Positions 37,901-48,564 of a stretch of DNA of 64,000 nucleotides are shown here, piece by piece. Source of the DNA: Azolla caroliniana (Eukaryota > Plantae > Polypodiophyta). The stretch's first letter is position 1. The number at the start of each line of letters is the position of its first letter. The position numbers were made by a program, and so were the translations under genes. The stretch is from contig JBHGNT010000012.1 of NCBI GenBank assembly GCA_043228905.1, positions 18,166,001-18,230,000 of the forward strand. Reading direction: 5' to 3'. Under the pieces are notes generated by a model, which saw only the letters and a program-made list of their open reading frames with translations, made no database searches and was not told where the DNA came from.

Positions 37901-40305
37901 CGCATCAGATTTCGCCCTCGGTAGCATCCTTTCTCAACAAGGCGATAAAGAAGAGTTGCATCCGGTGGCTTTCCATTCGCGCAAATTCGATGTCGCAGAA
38001 ATCAACTACGAAATACATGACAAGGAGTTATTAGCCATCGTGGATTCATTTGTACAATGGCGGCATTTCTTAGAGGGCTCTCCACATCAGGTCATTGTCT
38101 TTAGCGATCATAAAAATCTTGCTTATTTTCAGAACGCTCACATACTAAATCGACGGCAAGCTCGGTGGGCGCAATTCCTCACGCGTTTCGACTTCAAAAT
38201 CACATATCGACCGGGGAAGCAGCAAGGAAAAGCAGATGCACTATCACGGCATTCATATCTTGCACCTCGTCTTGGTGACGCAACATTTGATAATCAAAAG
38301 CAAGTAATCTTGGGACCAACACGATTGCACACGACGCGGATTTTTCACACCCCGATGGATTCACAGATTACCGATGACATACGTGCAACCTTGAAGACGG
38401 ATAGTTTTGCTCAAGACATCCTGGCGCACATTGATACTTCTCGGGCATCCTGTTCTCAGTCTCAATAACCAGGTATTGACTACCAACAATTCGAATATCA
38501 TGATGGTTTGTTATTCTTTAAAAAGCGCGTATATGTCCCTGATTGCTCCTGTCGCCTTCAAATCGTCCAACATTGTCACGACACCCATACGGTGGGACAT
38601 TTCGGTAGTACTAAGACATTGGAGCTAGTGCAGCAATCTTTTTGGTGGCCCCACATGCGTCGTTTTGTCGACGACTACGTTCGGACCTGTGATGCTTGCT
38701 GCCGAGCAAAGATGCCACGACAACATCCATATGGCTTGTTGGAACCCTTACCAATTCCAAGTAAGCCGTGGCAGTCTATTTGTCTTGATTTTATCACAGA
38801 TCTGCCGGTCTCAAAGGGGTTCGATGCTATCCTAACCGTCGTCGATCGATATACGAAGATGGCACATTTTGTGCCATGTACTAAAGCCATCACTAGCGAG
38901 GAAACCGCCGTTGTTGTTATGCGTGAGGTATTTCAGCATCATGGCCTCCCAGACAGTATTATCAGTGACCGAGGCCCGCAATTTGTCTCCAAATTTTGGC
39001 AACATCTCTTCAAGATGCTCAAGGTCTCCTGCAACCTCTCCTCTAGCTACCATCCTCAGACCGACGGGCAGGCGGAACGAACAAACCAAACGCTAGAGCA
39101 ATATCTTCGGTGTTTCCTAAGTTATCAACAGGAAGATTGGGCCGAGATTCTCCACTTTGCGGAGTTTGCGTATAATAATGCTATTCACTCCTCGACTCAG
39201 GTCTCCCCATTTTTCTCTTATACCGGTTTCCATCCTTGCTGGTCGGTGATCGACACTCCGGAGCTACCTACCAACCCTCGTGCCGAGGATCATTTGGAGA
39301 GGCTACGCAAGATCCAGATGGATCTCTCTACTCACCTTCGTCATGCTCAACACACACCGAAGACTTATGCGGATTGTCATCGGATTCCCTCCTCTTTTGC
39401 CATCGGAGATCGAGTATGGCTCTTACATCGTCACATCAAGACTACTCGACCGTGCGACAAGTTGGATTATCGACGATTCGGTCCCTTCCGTATTACGGGT
39501 AAGATTAATGATGTCACCTTCCGCCTTGATCTCCCTCCGCAGCTTCAGATACATCCGGTTTTCCATTGTTCTCTTCTTGAACCTTATAAAGCAAACACCA
39601 TTCCCGATCATGTGACACCACCGCTACCCCCGCTAGAGTTGGACGTCGGCCCAAAGTATGAAGTTGTTGCCATCCTCGATTCCAAACTTGTTCGCAACAA
39701 ACTTTATTACTTGGTCGATTGGCTCGGTTATAGTCCGAGCGAACGTACTTGGGAACTCGTCGAGCATGTTGCCAATGCACAGGATCTTCTTGCTGATTTC
39801 CACCGAAAGTATCCAGACAAACCCGGTCCGCAATTAGCGCTGACTCGTTCCACTCGTCGTCTTTAAGGGGGAGATAGTGTCATGATATGGCAAGACTCGA
39901 ACCCATGACCTTATGCTACATGGGTCGAGCTCTTGCCATTAGACTATGAATTGTAATTTGTAAAATATTATTTTCATTTATGCTTTATCATAGAAAATTG
40001 ATGTATATTCCAAATCTCTTTGGAACATTTTAGAAGCTTCGGGATTATTCCTAAAAGTACTATAAAAGGAGGCACGAGGCATTGTTTTGAACCAAATTGG
40101 TTCAACACCAGTCTTAAGCATCTTAGCCGATTTGTACTTATCTTTCATATAATATAAGAGTTGTTGTCATCATCCTATCTCTCTCTCTCTCTCCTCTTCT
40201 CACTTCCTCTCTCTCGGGAATCTTACGCAGTCCCATCCTCTTAGTACTAATAGTACTACTCTTCTTAGTACTAATTCCATCTCTGCTTTAGTACTATTCG
40301 TGACA
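34984..40305 (+). mobile_element. Tcn1-like chromoviral Gypsy element, near complete
   Basis: LTRs 34984-35409 and 39878-40305; PPT AAGGGGGAGATAG; gag, PR (LLDSGA), RT (YLDD), RH, IN. No matching TSD recognisable (AAGAC/GTCTA). Confidence 0.93.
35535..39866 (+). pseudogene. Chromovirus gag-pol ending in integrase + chromodomain
   Basis: C-terminal YEVVAILDSKL...YYLVDWLGYSPSERTWE chromodomain; deletions in gag and RT plus several stops. Confidence 0.92.
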
Positions 40306-43300
40306 GTCTAGCGTAACTTGTCATCACCTGATTTGGGGCCCTTCTTGGCCGGTTCGGACTTCCTCTCTGAAGATCCACCTTCTTCCTTTCTAGGGTCAGA
40401 TCCACTCCGATTCGACCCTTCACTGCCGGTATCATATTCCGGCATCTTCTTCTTCCCCTTCTCTTTGCGCGTGAACCGTCTCCTCGGTTCCTTGCGTAGG
40501 GAGAGCACGACAGAGTCTCCACTACTCGCCGGTCCCTCATCCGATTGGTCACTTTGACCCAATTTCTCGCTCGATCCCTTCAACTGAAATGATTCTGGAC
40601 TCTCTTCTAGAGTCTCAAGCTCATCATCTTCTATCTGGACCGGTGTCGTGAAGAATGTGCTTCACGATATAAAAATGAGCTTAAATATTTTATTTAATAA
40701 TATTTGAGAGACTTGAACCCACATCCTTATATACGAAGTACAATGTACATACCACTAGGCTAGGCTATTCATTTGTAAAAGTTTATAAAAGAATATGCTT
40801 CATGATATAAGAATGAAGCTATATATTGTATTGAGTAAAATAGAGAGACTTGAACTCTCAATCTTGTATACCAAACACAAAGCATACACCACTAAGCTAG
40901 GTTAGTTATTTTAGAATACATTTTCCTCATTATACTTATCCCATATCTATTTTCATACATAGCCATCATGCATCACATCCAATGCATGTGCGCCAAATGG
41001 CGATCATGCATTACATGTAACTCATGCATTGCATGCATGCCATGCTCCCATAAATTACCATATGCATGGCAACACTTATATAAAGAGGGGTAAGGAAACA
41101 AGAAGGGATCAAGAGAGAGTGAGAAAATAAGACAATCAAGTAGAGAAGACTAGCTCATTGGGTGAGGAAGCTCGCGTTTCAAAATTGAGGTCACGGGTTC
41201 AAATCAAGGGTCAGTAGAGAATGTGTTCAGTTTGCGATCAAGGATTGTAAAGTTGATATCATATACTCTTGCTTCTTGAATCATACTTTGTCTCTATCTT
41301 GCTTCTTGAATCATATATTGTCTCTATCTTTTGTCTATTCTCGTCTCTCTCTCTCTCACACATTACTCGTAACTCTTCTTCTTGCTATTCTTAACCATTC
41401 TAACATCACCATACAAGCCTTATTAAACTTTAAGTTCCTTCAACTCCCCTTAACCTTAGTCCCTGCGACTTCGCCGCACAAACCACAACTACCCCAACAC
41501 ATTTGGTGAACCCGATGTGAAGGTGGCGACCAGGAGAAATCGAGGAGCAAATGAGGCTTATGTGTATGATGGTGGAACAAATGATGCGAGAGCAAGGTAT
41601 GATGGCAAGCATTGACAAAGTCGTCGACAATATTCTTGCTCGAGTTGGAATCTTCGAAGGTATAAATTTAACAAGATTTCTGAAGATTTACAATGAAGAA
41701 ATGCTTAAACGTGGTGTCGACGAAGCTGCAAAAATTAATAGCTTTAGTCGAGTCGCTGTGATTGGGCTACAAGAGATGATCCAAGAGCTCTAAAGGGAGA
41801 ATCAGACATGGACAACGTTCGAAAGAGCATTACTGAATGAATACAACCTCAACGATATGTCAAGGATGACAAGGCGAGCTTTCATGGATTGGGTAGAGTC
41901 TAATAAGCATTTAAGTATTTTGGAAGTGTTAAAAGAGTTTTCAGAAAGATATGAGCAATTAAACATTAGGGATAGAAATATAATAATGCTAGATAAAGTA
42001 ATATTGTTTCTACAAGCTACTAATATTAAAGACAAGAAGGACTTGGGAATGCTTCTAGAAGATCATAATAGTCCAAATGGACTTACCGAAGATTGGGAGG
42101 AGGTCAAAAGGGCTTGCGCCCATTTTTGTAAAAGAAAGTTGTGGTTTATGGAGTTGCTGGAGAGAAATGAAGAAGAAACGAGGAATGAGCTGGGAGAAAA
42201 GAAAGTAGAAGAGTCACTCTTGCACGAATTGGTGAAAGGCATGAAAGACTTGTCGATCAAAGTGACGAAGCTAGAATCGGGACAAAGCTCAACTTCATCA
42301 AGGCAGGGAGGTGGAATGGTCCGAAGGTGTATGTGGTGTGATAGTATCGACCACCAAAAGAAAGATTGTCAAGAGCATAGGGATGCTCTTAAACATAATA
42401 AAATCTACTATCAAGATGGCAAGATTCACTCGACAGAGACTCGATAACCACTTCAACTCAACTTCGGGCAAGGAGGAATGAAAAAGCTAATGGAAGATGC
42501 TAAGAGAGAAACGACTCAAGCGATACAATCCGTGGCAACCTTAGACTCATATGGTGGATCTGGCTTTGGCAATATGTGATGGATTATGCAAGAAAAGGGA
42601 AGGTTCGAGTGGATGAATTAAAAAGAGCAGGAGATGAAATACGAAACTTCACTGGATGGAATGATCCAGTAGACGCGCTATCAGCATTCGCCCAAGTGAA
42701 TGCACAAGATGTGCTAGTGGAAGAGAAGCGGAAGAGAGCTGAGGAAGTTGATCCGACAAAGAGACATGAGACACAAGAATAGAAGAGAAGGGAGATGGAA
42801 AAGGGTGTTATTGAGCCGAAGGAAGATGATAAAGTAAAAGGAAAAATAGGCCCATCTTTCAAGCTTGCCACAGACATAGAAACAACGACGGATATAAAAA
42901 AGGTACTAGAAACAAGAATATTAAATAGTAAGGTAGAATTTACTTTAAGAGAAGTGTTGGGTATAGCAAAGAAAGAATTTCATGAAGTTATCATAGATAT
43001 TATTAGAAGGAAGAGACAGGTGATAGAGAAAATTACAGGAGGGTGTGCAGCAACACTCCAAGATTTGTATGGTGGCACCATCAATATTGCAAGTGTAAAA
43101 AACCAAAATGATGTTGGCGTCCATGAAGGGGATAGGAGTCACTATACAAGGGACCAATGGGCTCGAGCAACAACAGAGGCACCTGCAAAAATTGGGGAGC
43201 AGCAAATTCCATGTATTGCTTTGATCGATCATGGATCCGAGATTAACATGATGTCATCGGAATTTTACGCTCGAGGACGGTGGCCGATCGACAAGAATCA

Positions 43301-44621
43301 TGGGTGGAAAATAAGAGCTACCACAGAGACTACGGAGGATCTATTCAGAGCATGTCCTAGTGTGAACGTAACAATTGGTGATGTGTCGGTGAATCAAAAT
43401 TTCTTTGTGCAGGATCGATCAACCTACCCCATCATCCTTGGTCAGCCCTACATCACTACAGTGATGATGGAAACAAAGGTTATTGATGATGGTTCGGCTT
43501 TCGCGAGAATCAAGAGTCAAGATGGAAGAAAGACTGTCTAATTCTTAACCGTGAGGCCCAACCATGAAAGAAACAAAGAATGCTTGAGGGAACATCCAAT
43601 TCAAGAGATGGATGAAGAGTTTTCCTAGGATTTTTAGATAGGGCTTTTACATGTAGGGGTTGTGATAGCCCGAACATAAAAGAAAACCCCATGAATAATA
43701 ATGTAAATAAAGATATTCCTTGTACAATCTCATCTAATGGTGCTACTTTTATACTAAAAGTAAATAATAATAAAATACAAAATGCTTTCGAGTACTTTAA
43801 GTGTTCTGGATTAATATATGATGATGAAGAAATTCAGGATATGTTCGAAGAATTAAGTTTTGAAGATACAATAACTCATTTGGAAGCAATGGAAGACGAC
43901 AACGAAATCCAAGTTCCTGTCCATTCAATCAAGATGTACGAGGTCATTGAAGAAGTTGCTCGAAAGGATCATGAAGCACATGTACTAACAAAGTATAAGA
44001 CAGTGGAGAAGAAGGTTCGTCCTATTGTTGCTCCACTTCCAGGGGATAGTGAAAAGGGAATCAAAGAAGCCAATGATCAGAGACCCACGAAAGGTGGGAC
44101 ATGTGTTTACTCCAGAAACAATACAAGGGATCAAAATAGGAGGGGGTGACTTCCTATTACCCTATGAAGAAAAGCAATTCAGGGACATGTTAAAAAGGCA
44201 TGGAAAGGCGTTCGCATTCCAACCTGAGGAAACAGGGTGTGTGGATCCAGGAATTGTAGAGCCCATGGTTATATTTACTATCCCTCATATTCCATGGAAT
44301 TTTAAGCCAATACCCATGCCTAGGGCTAGAATCCCTCAAGTATTGGAACTTCTGAAAGAAAAGATAAGGGTGGGTATCTTGGAACCATCGAACGCTCCTT
44401 ACTCGAGTCAATGGCTCACTGTGTTAAAGAAAGATGGACAGCTCCAATTTATCCAAGATATGCAACCAGTGAATAAGGTAACAATCTGAAACTCGAGAGT
44501 AGGGCCAATTGTGGATGAGTTTGCTGAGATGTTTGCAGGAAGAGCTATATATTCAATGGGAGACCTTTATTCCGGGTATGATCAATTTCAACTTGCTATC
44601 AAAAGTCGAGATATTACTTCT

Positions 44622-44657
44622 AACACGTTTGCGTTCACAAGTGGAAGGATCGCGCAT
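44622..44657 (+). repeat. Left TIR
   Basis: AACACGTTTGCGTTCACAAGTGGAAGGATCGCGCAT. Confidence 0.93.
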
Positions 44658-44979
44658 AAATGGAAGGATAAGGGAAATTTTAGGGGTTTTTCAATGATTT
44701 TACAAAACACATTGATACCAGTATCATACAAGTTCAAACATACTATGAAAAAGGTTAAAAATCCACTATTTTCGTGATTTAGAAGTAACTAAAAAAAGAC
44801 GAATTTCAAAAACATACATTCTCAATTTATATCACAAACTTTACAACCAATGTTATTTTATAAGAAACGATTTTTGGGAAATCATAAGAATTCAAAACAC
44901 ATGATTTTATATTACTCGATTTGTTACAAGCGGAATGTAGTTACACTTAATAGCCAAATATACATTCATGATCACTCCT

Positions 44980-47721
44980 TTACGGAGAATCACTACTATA
45001 ACTAATATACAATGACGATTCCTCCTCATCATCCTCGGATGTACCAATCAGTGCATTATCTTCGTCATAAACCAAATGGTTTGACTCTAGATTATATGTA
45101 GCAGATCTCGTTTGCCTTTGACTCGAGCCACCTTGTAGACCTGGTAATTTTTCTTTTATTATATCTATTGTTGACTTCCTTAATCGTCCGGCTTTTGTAA
45201 GTGTGAAGTCGTACACGATGATATCCACATCAGAGATATCAAGGGTCGAGGTGTTACGAATGTTTCGCTTCCTCTTCCTACCTCCCCTTCTTGTTTGGCA
45301 TTCAATCATCTCCAATGTATACTTACCTGTAAAAGCATTTGCACTTCTAGTGTTGTACCAATGAACATTTATAGACTTGATCGTGTTTTCTATTTCATGC
45401 ATTAGCACTTCTAGAATTTTACCAACCCAAAATTGGTGGCCATGTGAGTTCTCATCAGCCGGCGTTGCAATCAACATCCCCGCGGTGAGCTCTTGCAAAT
45501 TTCCTTGCCATCTAGCTTCGGCTGCTTTGCTCATCCTTGGTCCCACATAAATGTCTCTTTGTTGTGGATGGACCAAGCTGTCATTAATCGCATTTACTAG
45601 TCGCTCCGAACTTCTATTTACGCGATCATGTTGCAGCGACCATGTGAATGGCGTTTCCAAATTCCAATTATCAACAGATACACAATTGTCTATAATTTCT
45701 TTCTGATCACTATAAAATACATCCCACCATGACGTGTCTTGTTGTGCGGCATATTTCTTGGCGGCCTCAATATGCTTTCTTTTTTCTTCTAAGGCTTGGA
45801 GCCATGACCGTTTTTGTTCTAATACCAAGTCGCTCTGCAACTGTCCTTTCTTCTCAATTGGCATTTGCTTAGCTCCATGGACAATTGTACTCGGCATACA
45901 AAGTAATAACTGGCAACCACCTTCAGGTTCCCATGTTGTAGAAGATGAATATTGTTTAGCATACAAAAGTGTAGAACCACTTATTCCATTTTTCTTTATC
46001 AAAAAAATGTGATTGAAACTTATATTGTTTAACTGAGCAAGCACTTTAACATTCCCACCACCCCCATCTAATATATATCTCTTAAAGTCATATACCTCCT
46101 TCAAGTGTAACACTTTTGGGCGTGGTGTATATGCATCACAAATGACATCAAATAGTTTAGGTAAAGTGAAAGCATCATGCCGAGACAACTGTTTGGAGAA
46201 TGTGCTAAACATCTGATCTATATGGTCATGTGTGTGGCCAACCAAAAGGAAATTGACTTTCACTTTCCTAAACAATTCTAGGTTGACCAACATACTTAGA
46301 TAGCCAAATACAGTTGAATTTTTGTTCTCTCTAGCAGTATTGTCCAATTGAATGCATAGAACAGGGGGGAAAGGTTGTCCCCAAGACATCAAAACTCGGT
46401 GAATCACTGTAACTGTTAGGTTAGGGTCATTGTGAACATTGGGGTAAGTAATGAAGACGTGAGGTCGAACAGACCTATTATAAGCCAAGCATCCCACCAA
46501 GTGCATTTGAACAAGGCACTCATCATTGACATCTTTGGGGAGCCTCCGCATATGCGGCAAGCATGTCTTCTTCTGGTCCATGCCATCTATCATTAAGCAC
46601 ATGTATTGTTCAGGCCTCTTCAAACACTTCTCTCTATGATGCATCGCCTTCCTTCCTTCTAAGGATTGTGCCTCACGATGCTCTTGTAGTAACTTCTTAC
46701 TCGTATCCTTTTCCATTGATGTCTTTGCACCTTTAGCCAAACTTTTAAGATTTGCACAAATGGAGCAATACCCCATACGTACTTTACGAGGAATAATAAC
46801 ATTTGAAAACTGAGCTCTCCATAATCTTGTGAATTGGCTATAGGTGATAGACTTATTACGTGAGCCCAGCATTTCAGATCGATAGACATCATAAACTTCC
46901 CGACGGGTATAATTATCAGAAAGATGCATCCTACCTGTAGTGGGCATTACTTCACAATTTAACTGAAAGTAAGTTTTCATCCAGCCAATAGCTAGTCTTC
47001 CAATTGCACCTTTCATACTTGGAACCTCTTTACAATTGAGCATCTGATCCCCGCTAAGTAGACGTTGCTGTACTCTATGTAGCCGCGTGTTACTAACACA
47101 TAACACAATTTTGAATGCAACTCTACATATCTGTTGCGCATGGAAGATATAATACTCGAATGATACTTTGATCCCCGTACATTTGTCAGATACTAGTTGC
47201 ATATGTGATCCGAGGTAAGTGTCTTGCTCATCACCGGTCATCGAAAAATAGTATCGCCTTAATTCTCGCAACTTTGATTTTCCAATCATAGACATACAAC
47301 CACGGGCACAACATATTTTGTTGACATCAAATCCAATCTGTTTATCTGATGTCACCAAGCTAAATCTAGCCAGACGAATTCTTCGTGGGATTCTTCTAAT
47401 ATGCATAGGGCTCCCAGATTTCTCTTCCTGCATAGAGGTTGGTGTAACCTTGTTACAGTCTAATTCTCTGTTCTGACCATCGCCAATGTTATTCAATGTT
47501 TCCTGGGCACTTCCTTCATTCTCGGTATCTTTATTAATATCGTATTCTTCAATAGAGAACTCTTCACATGTGTCATTATTTACATTCCCTGTAGATGAGC
47601 TCAGACAATATTCTTCGATAGAATATGGTGAGTCGGTCGAAAGACAATATTCTTCAATCGAATATGGTGACTCTGTTGACAAACAATACTCTTCAGTAGA
47701 AAACGATGGGTCTGATGACAA
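44980..47721 (-). CDS. Sola-like DDD transposase (true start uncertain; first in-frame ATG at 47433)
   Basis: Uninterrupted 913-codon frame inside the TIRs with IDGMDQ, QLDNTARENKN and FLLVGHTHDHIDQMF motifs plus Cys/His clusters (ICRVAF, CSIC); a 4-bp TSD fits the Sola superfamily. Confidence 0.82.
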   Translation of the reverse strand: MSSDPSFSTEEYCLSTESPYSIEEYCLSTDSPYSIEEYCLSSSTGNVNNDTCEEFSIEEYDINKDTENEGSAQETLNNIGDGQNRELDCNKVTPTSMQEEKSGSPMHIRRIPRRIRLARFSLVTSDKQIGFDVNKICCARGCMSMIGKSKLRELRRYYFSMTGDEQDTYLGSHMQLVSDKCTGIKVSFEYYIFHAQQICRVAFKIVLCVSNTRLHRVQQRLLSGDQMLNCKEVPSMKGAIGRLAIGWMKTYFQLNCEVMPTTGRMHLSDNYTRREVYDVYRSEMLGSRNKSITYSQFTRLWRAQFSNVIIPRKVRMGYCSICANLKSLAKGAKTSMEKDTSKKLLQEHREAQSLEGRKAMHHREKCLKRPEQYMCLMIDGMDQKKTCLPHMRRLPKDVNDECLVQMHLVGCLAYNRSVRPHVFITYPNVHNDPNLTVTVIHRVLMSWGQPFPPVLCIQLDNTARENKNSTVFGYLSMLVNLELFRKVKVNFLLVGHTHDHIDQMFSTFSKQLSRHDAFTLPKLFDVICDAYTPRPKVLHLKEVYDFKRYILDGGGGNVKVLAQLNNISFNHIFLIKKNGISGSTLLYAKQYSSSTTWEPEGGCQLLLCMPSTIVHGAKQMPIEKKGQLQSDLVLEQKRSWLQALEEKRKHIEAAKKYAAQQDTSWWDVFYSDQKEIIDNCVSVDNWNLETPFTWSLQHDRVNRSSERLVNAINDSLVHPQQRDIYVGPRMSKAAEARWQGNLQELTAGMLIATPADENSHGHQFWVGKILEVLMHEIENTIKSINVHWYNTRSANAFTGKYTLEMIECQTRRGGRKRKRNIRNTSTLDISDVDIIVYDFTLTKAGRLRKSTIDIIKEKLPGLQGGSSQRQTRSATYNLESNHLVYDEDNALIGTSEDDEEESSLYISYSSDSP

Positions 47722-48431
47722 ACAATATTCTTCAATCGAGAACGGTGAATCTTCACTCAGGGCTTAAGGTCTAGATAGGGCTCTCTAAGTTATACTCCTC
47801 TCTAACCATATACTCCTCCCTAAACATAAACTTCTCTCTAAACAAAAGCCAAATCAATAGAATGTCTATATTATGTAATATTCTATTAATACAATACATC
47901 TAAAAATTATTTTTAATAAAGTAATTTAACTTAAATTATCAATCATTATATAAACTAGATCTAAATGATGTTAAATCAAGTAAAATATAAAACTAATCAT
48001 TAACAAGCCTTGAATATGTTGGATTAATGTTAAAATCATTGGCTAATTAATGACACCCATTTTGATATAGAACGACTCACTCATTGGTTCTTTAATGCTC
48101 ACCATTTTAAATATTAGACTTATCAATCATTGGTTAATTCATGCCCACATCTTTAATACATAACATTTGAGAGTCATAAAAATTGTTGCTTTTAGTAATC
48201 AATCATTGGTACATTCATGAACCTCTATCATTGTCTCCTTCATAACCTTTGAAGTGATTGTAGGTTGTTATGACTACAAAAGATTGATCAATATGTTAGT
48301 TTGACTTTGTAATCATTAATACAATCATAAGTTACTCTAGTTAATGTGACTATGGTTACAAACTAACTATCCTCAAAGTTACCAACATTGGTTAAGGTGA
48401 CTATGGTTACTTTAACCATGGGTTCAATCCC

Positions 48432-48439
48432 TATAAATA
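48432..48439 (+). promoter_or_regulatory. TATA box of the methyltransferase gene
   Basis: TATAAATA about 130 bp upstream of ATG 48565, with an initiator-like TCACTC about 30 bp downstream. Confidence 0.6.
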
Positions 48440-48564
48440 GGAAGACCTCATCATATTTCACTCACCAGAGCGTACAGAGCACACAGAACGCAGAGAGCAC
48501 ACAAAGCACGCAGAGCACAAAGCACGAAAGCGCGATCTCCGCCTCCACTTCAACACGATCAACC

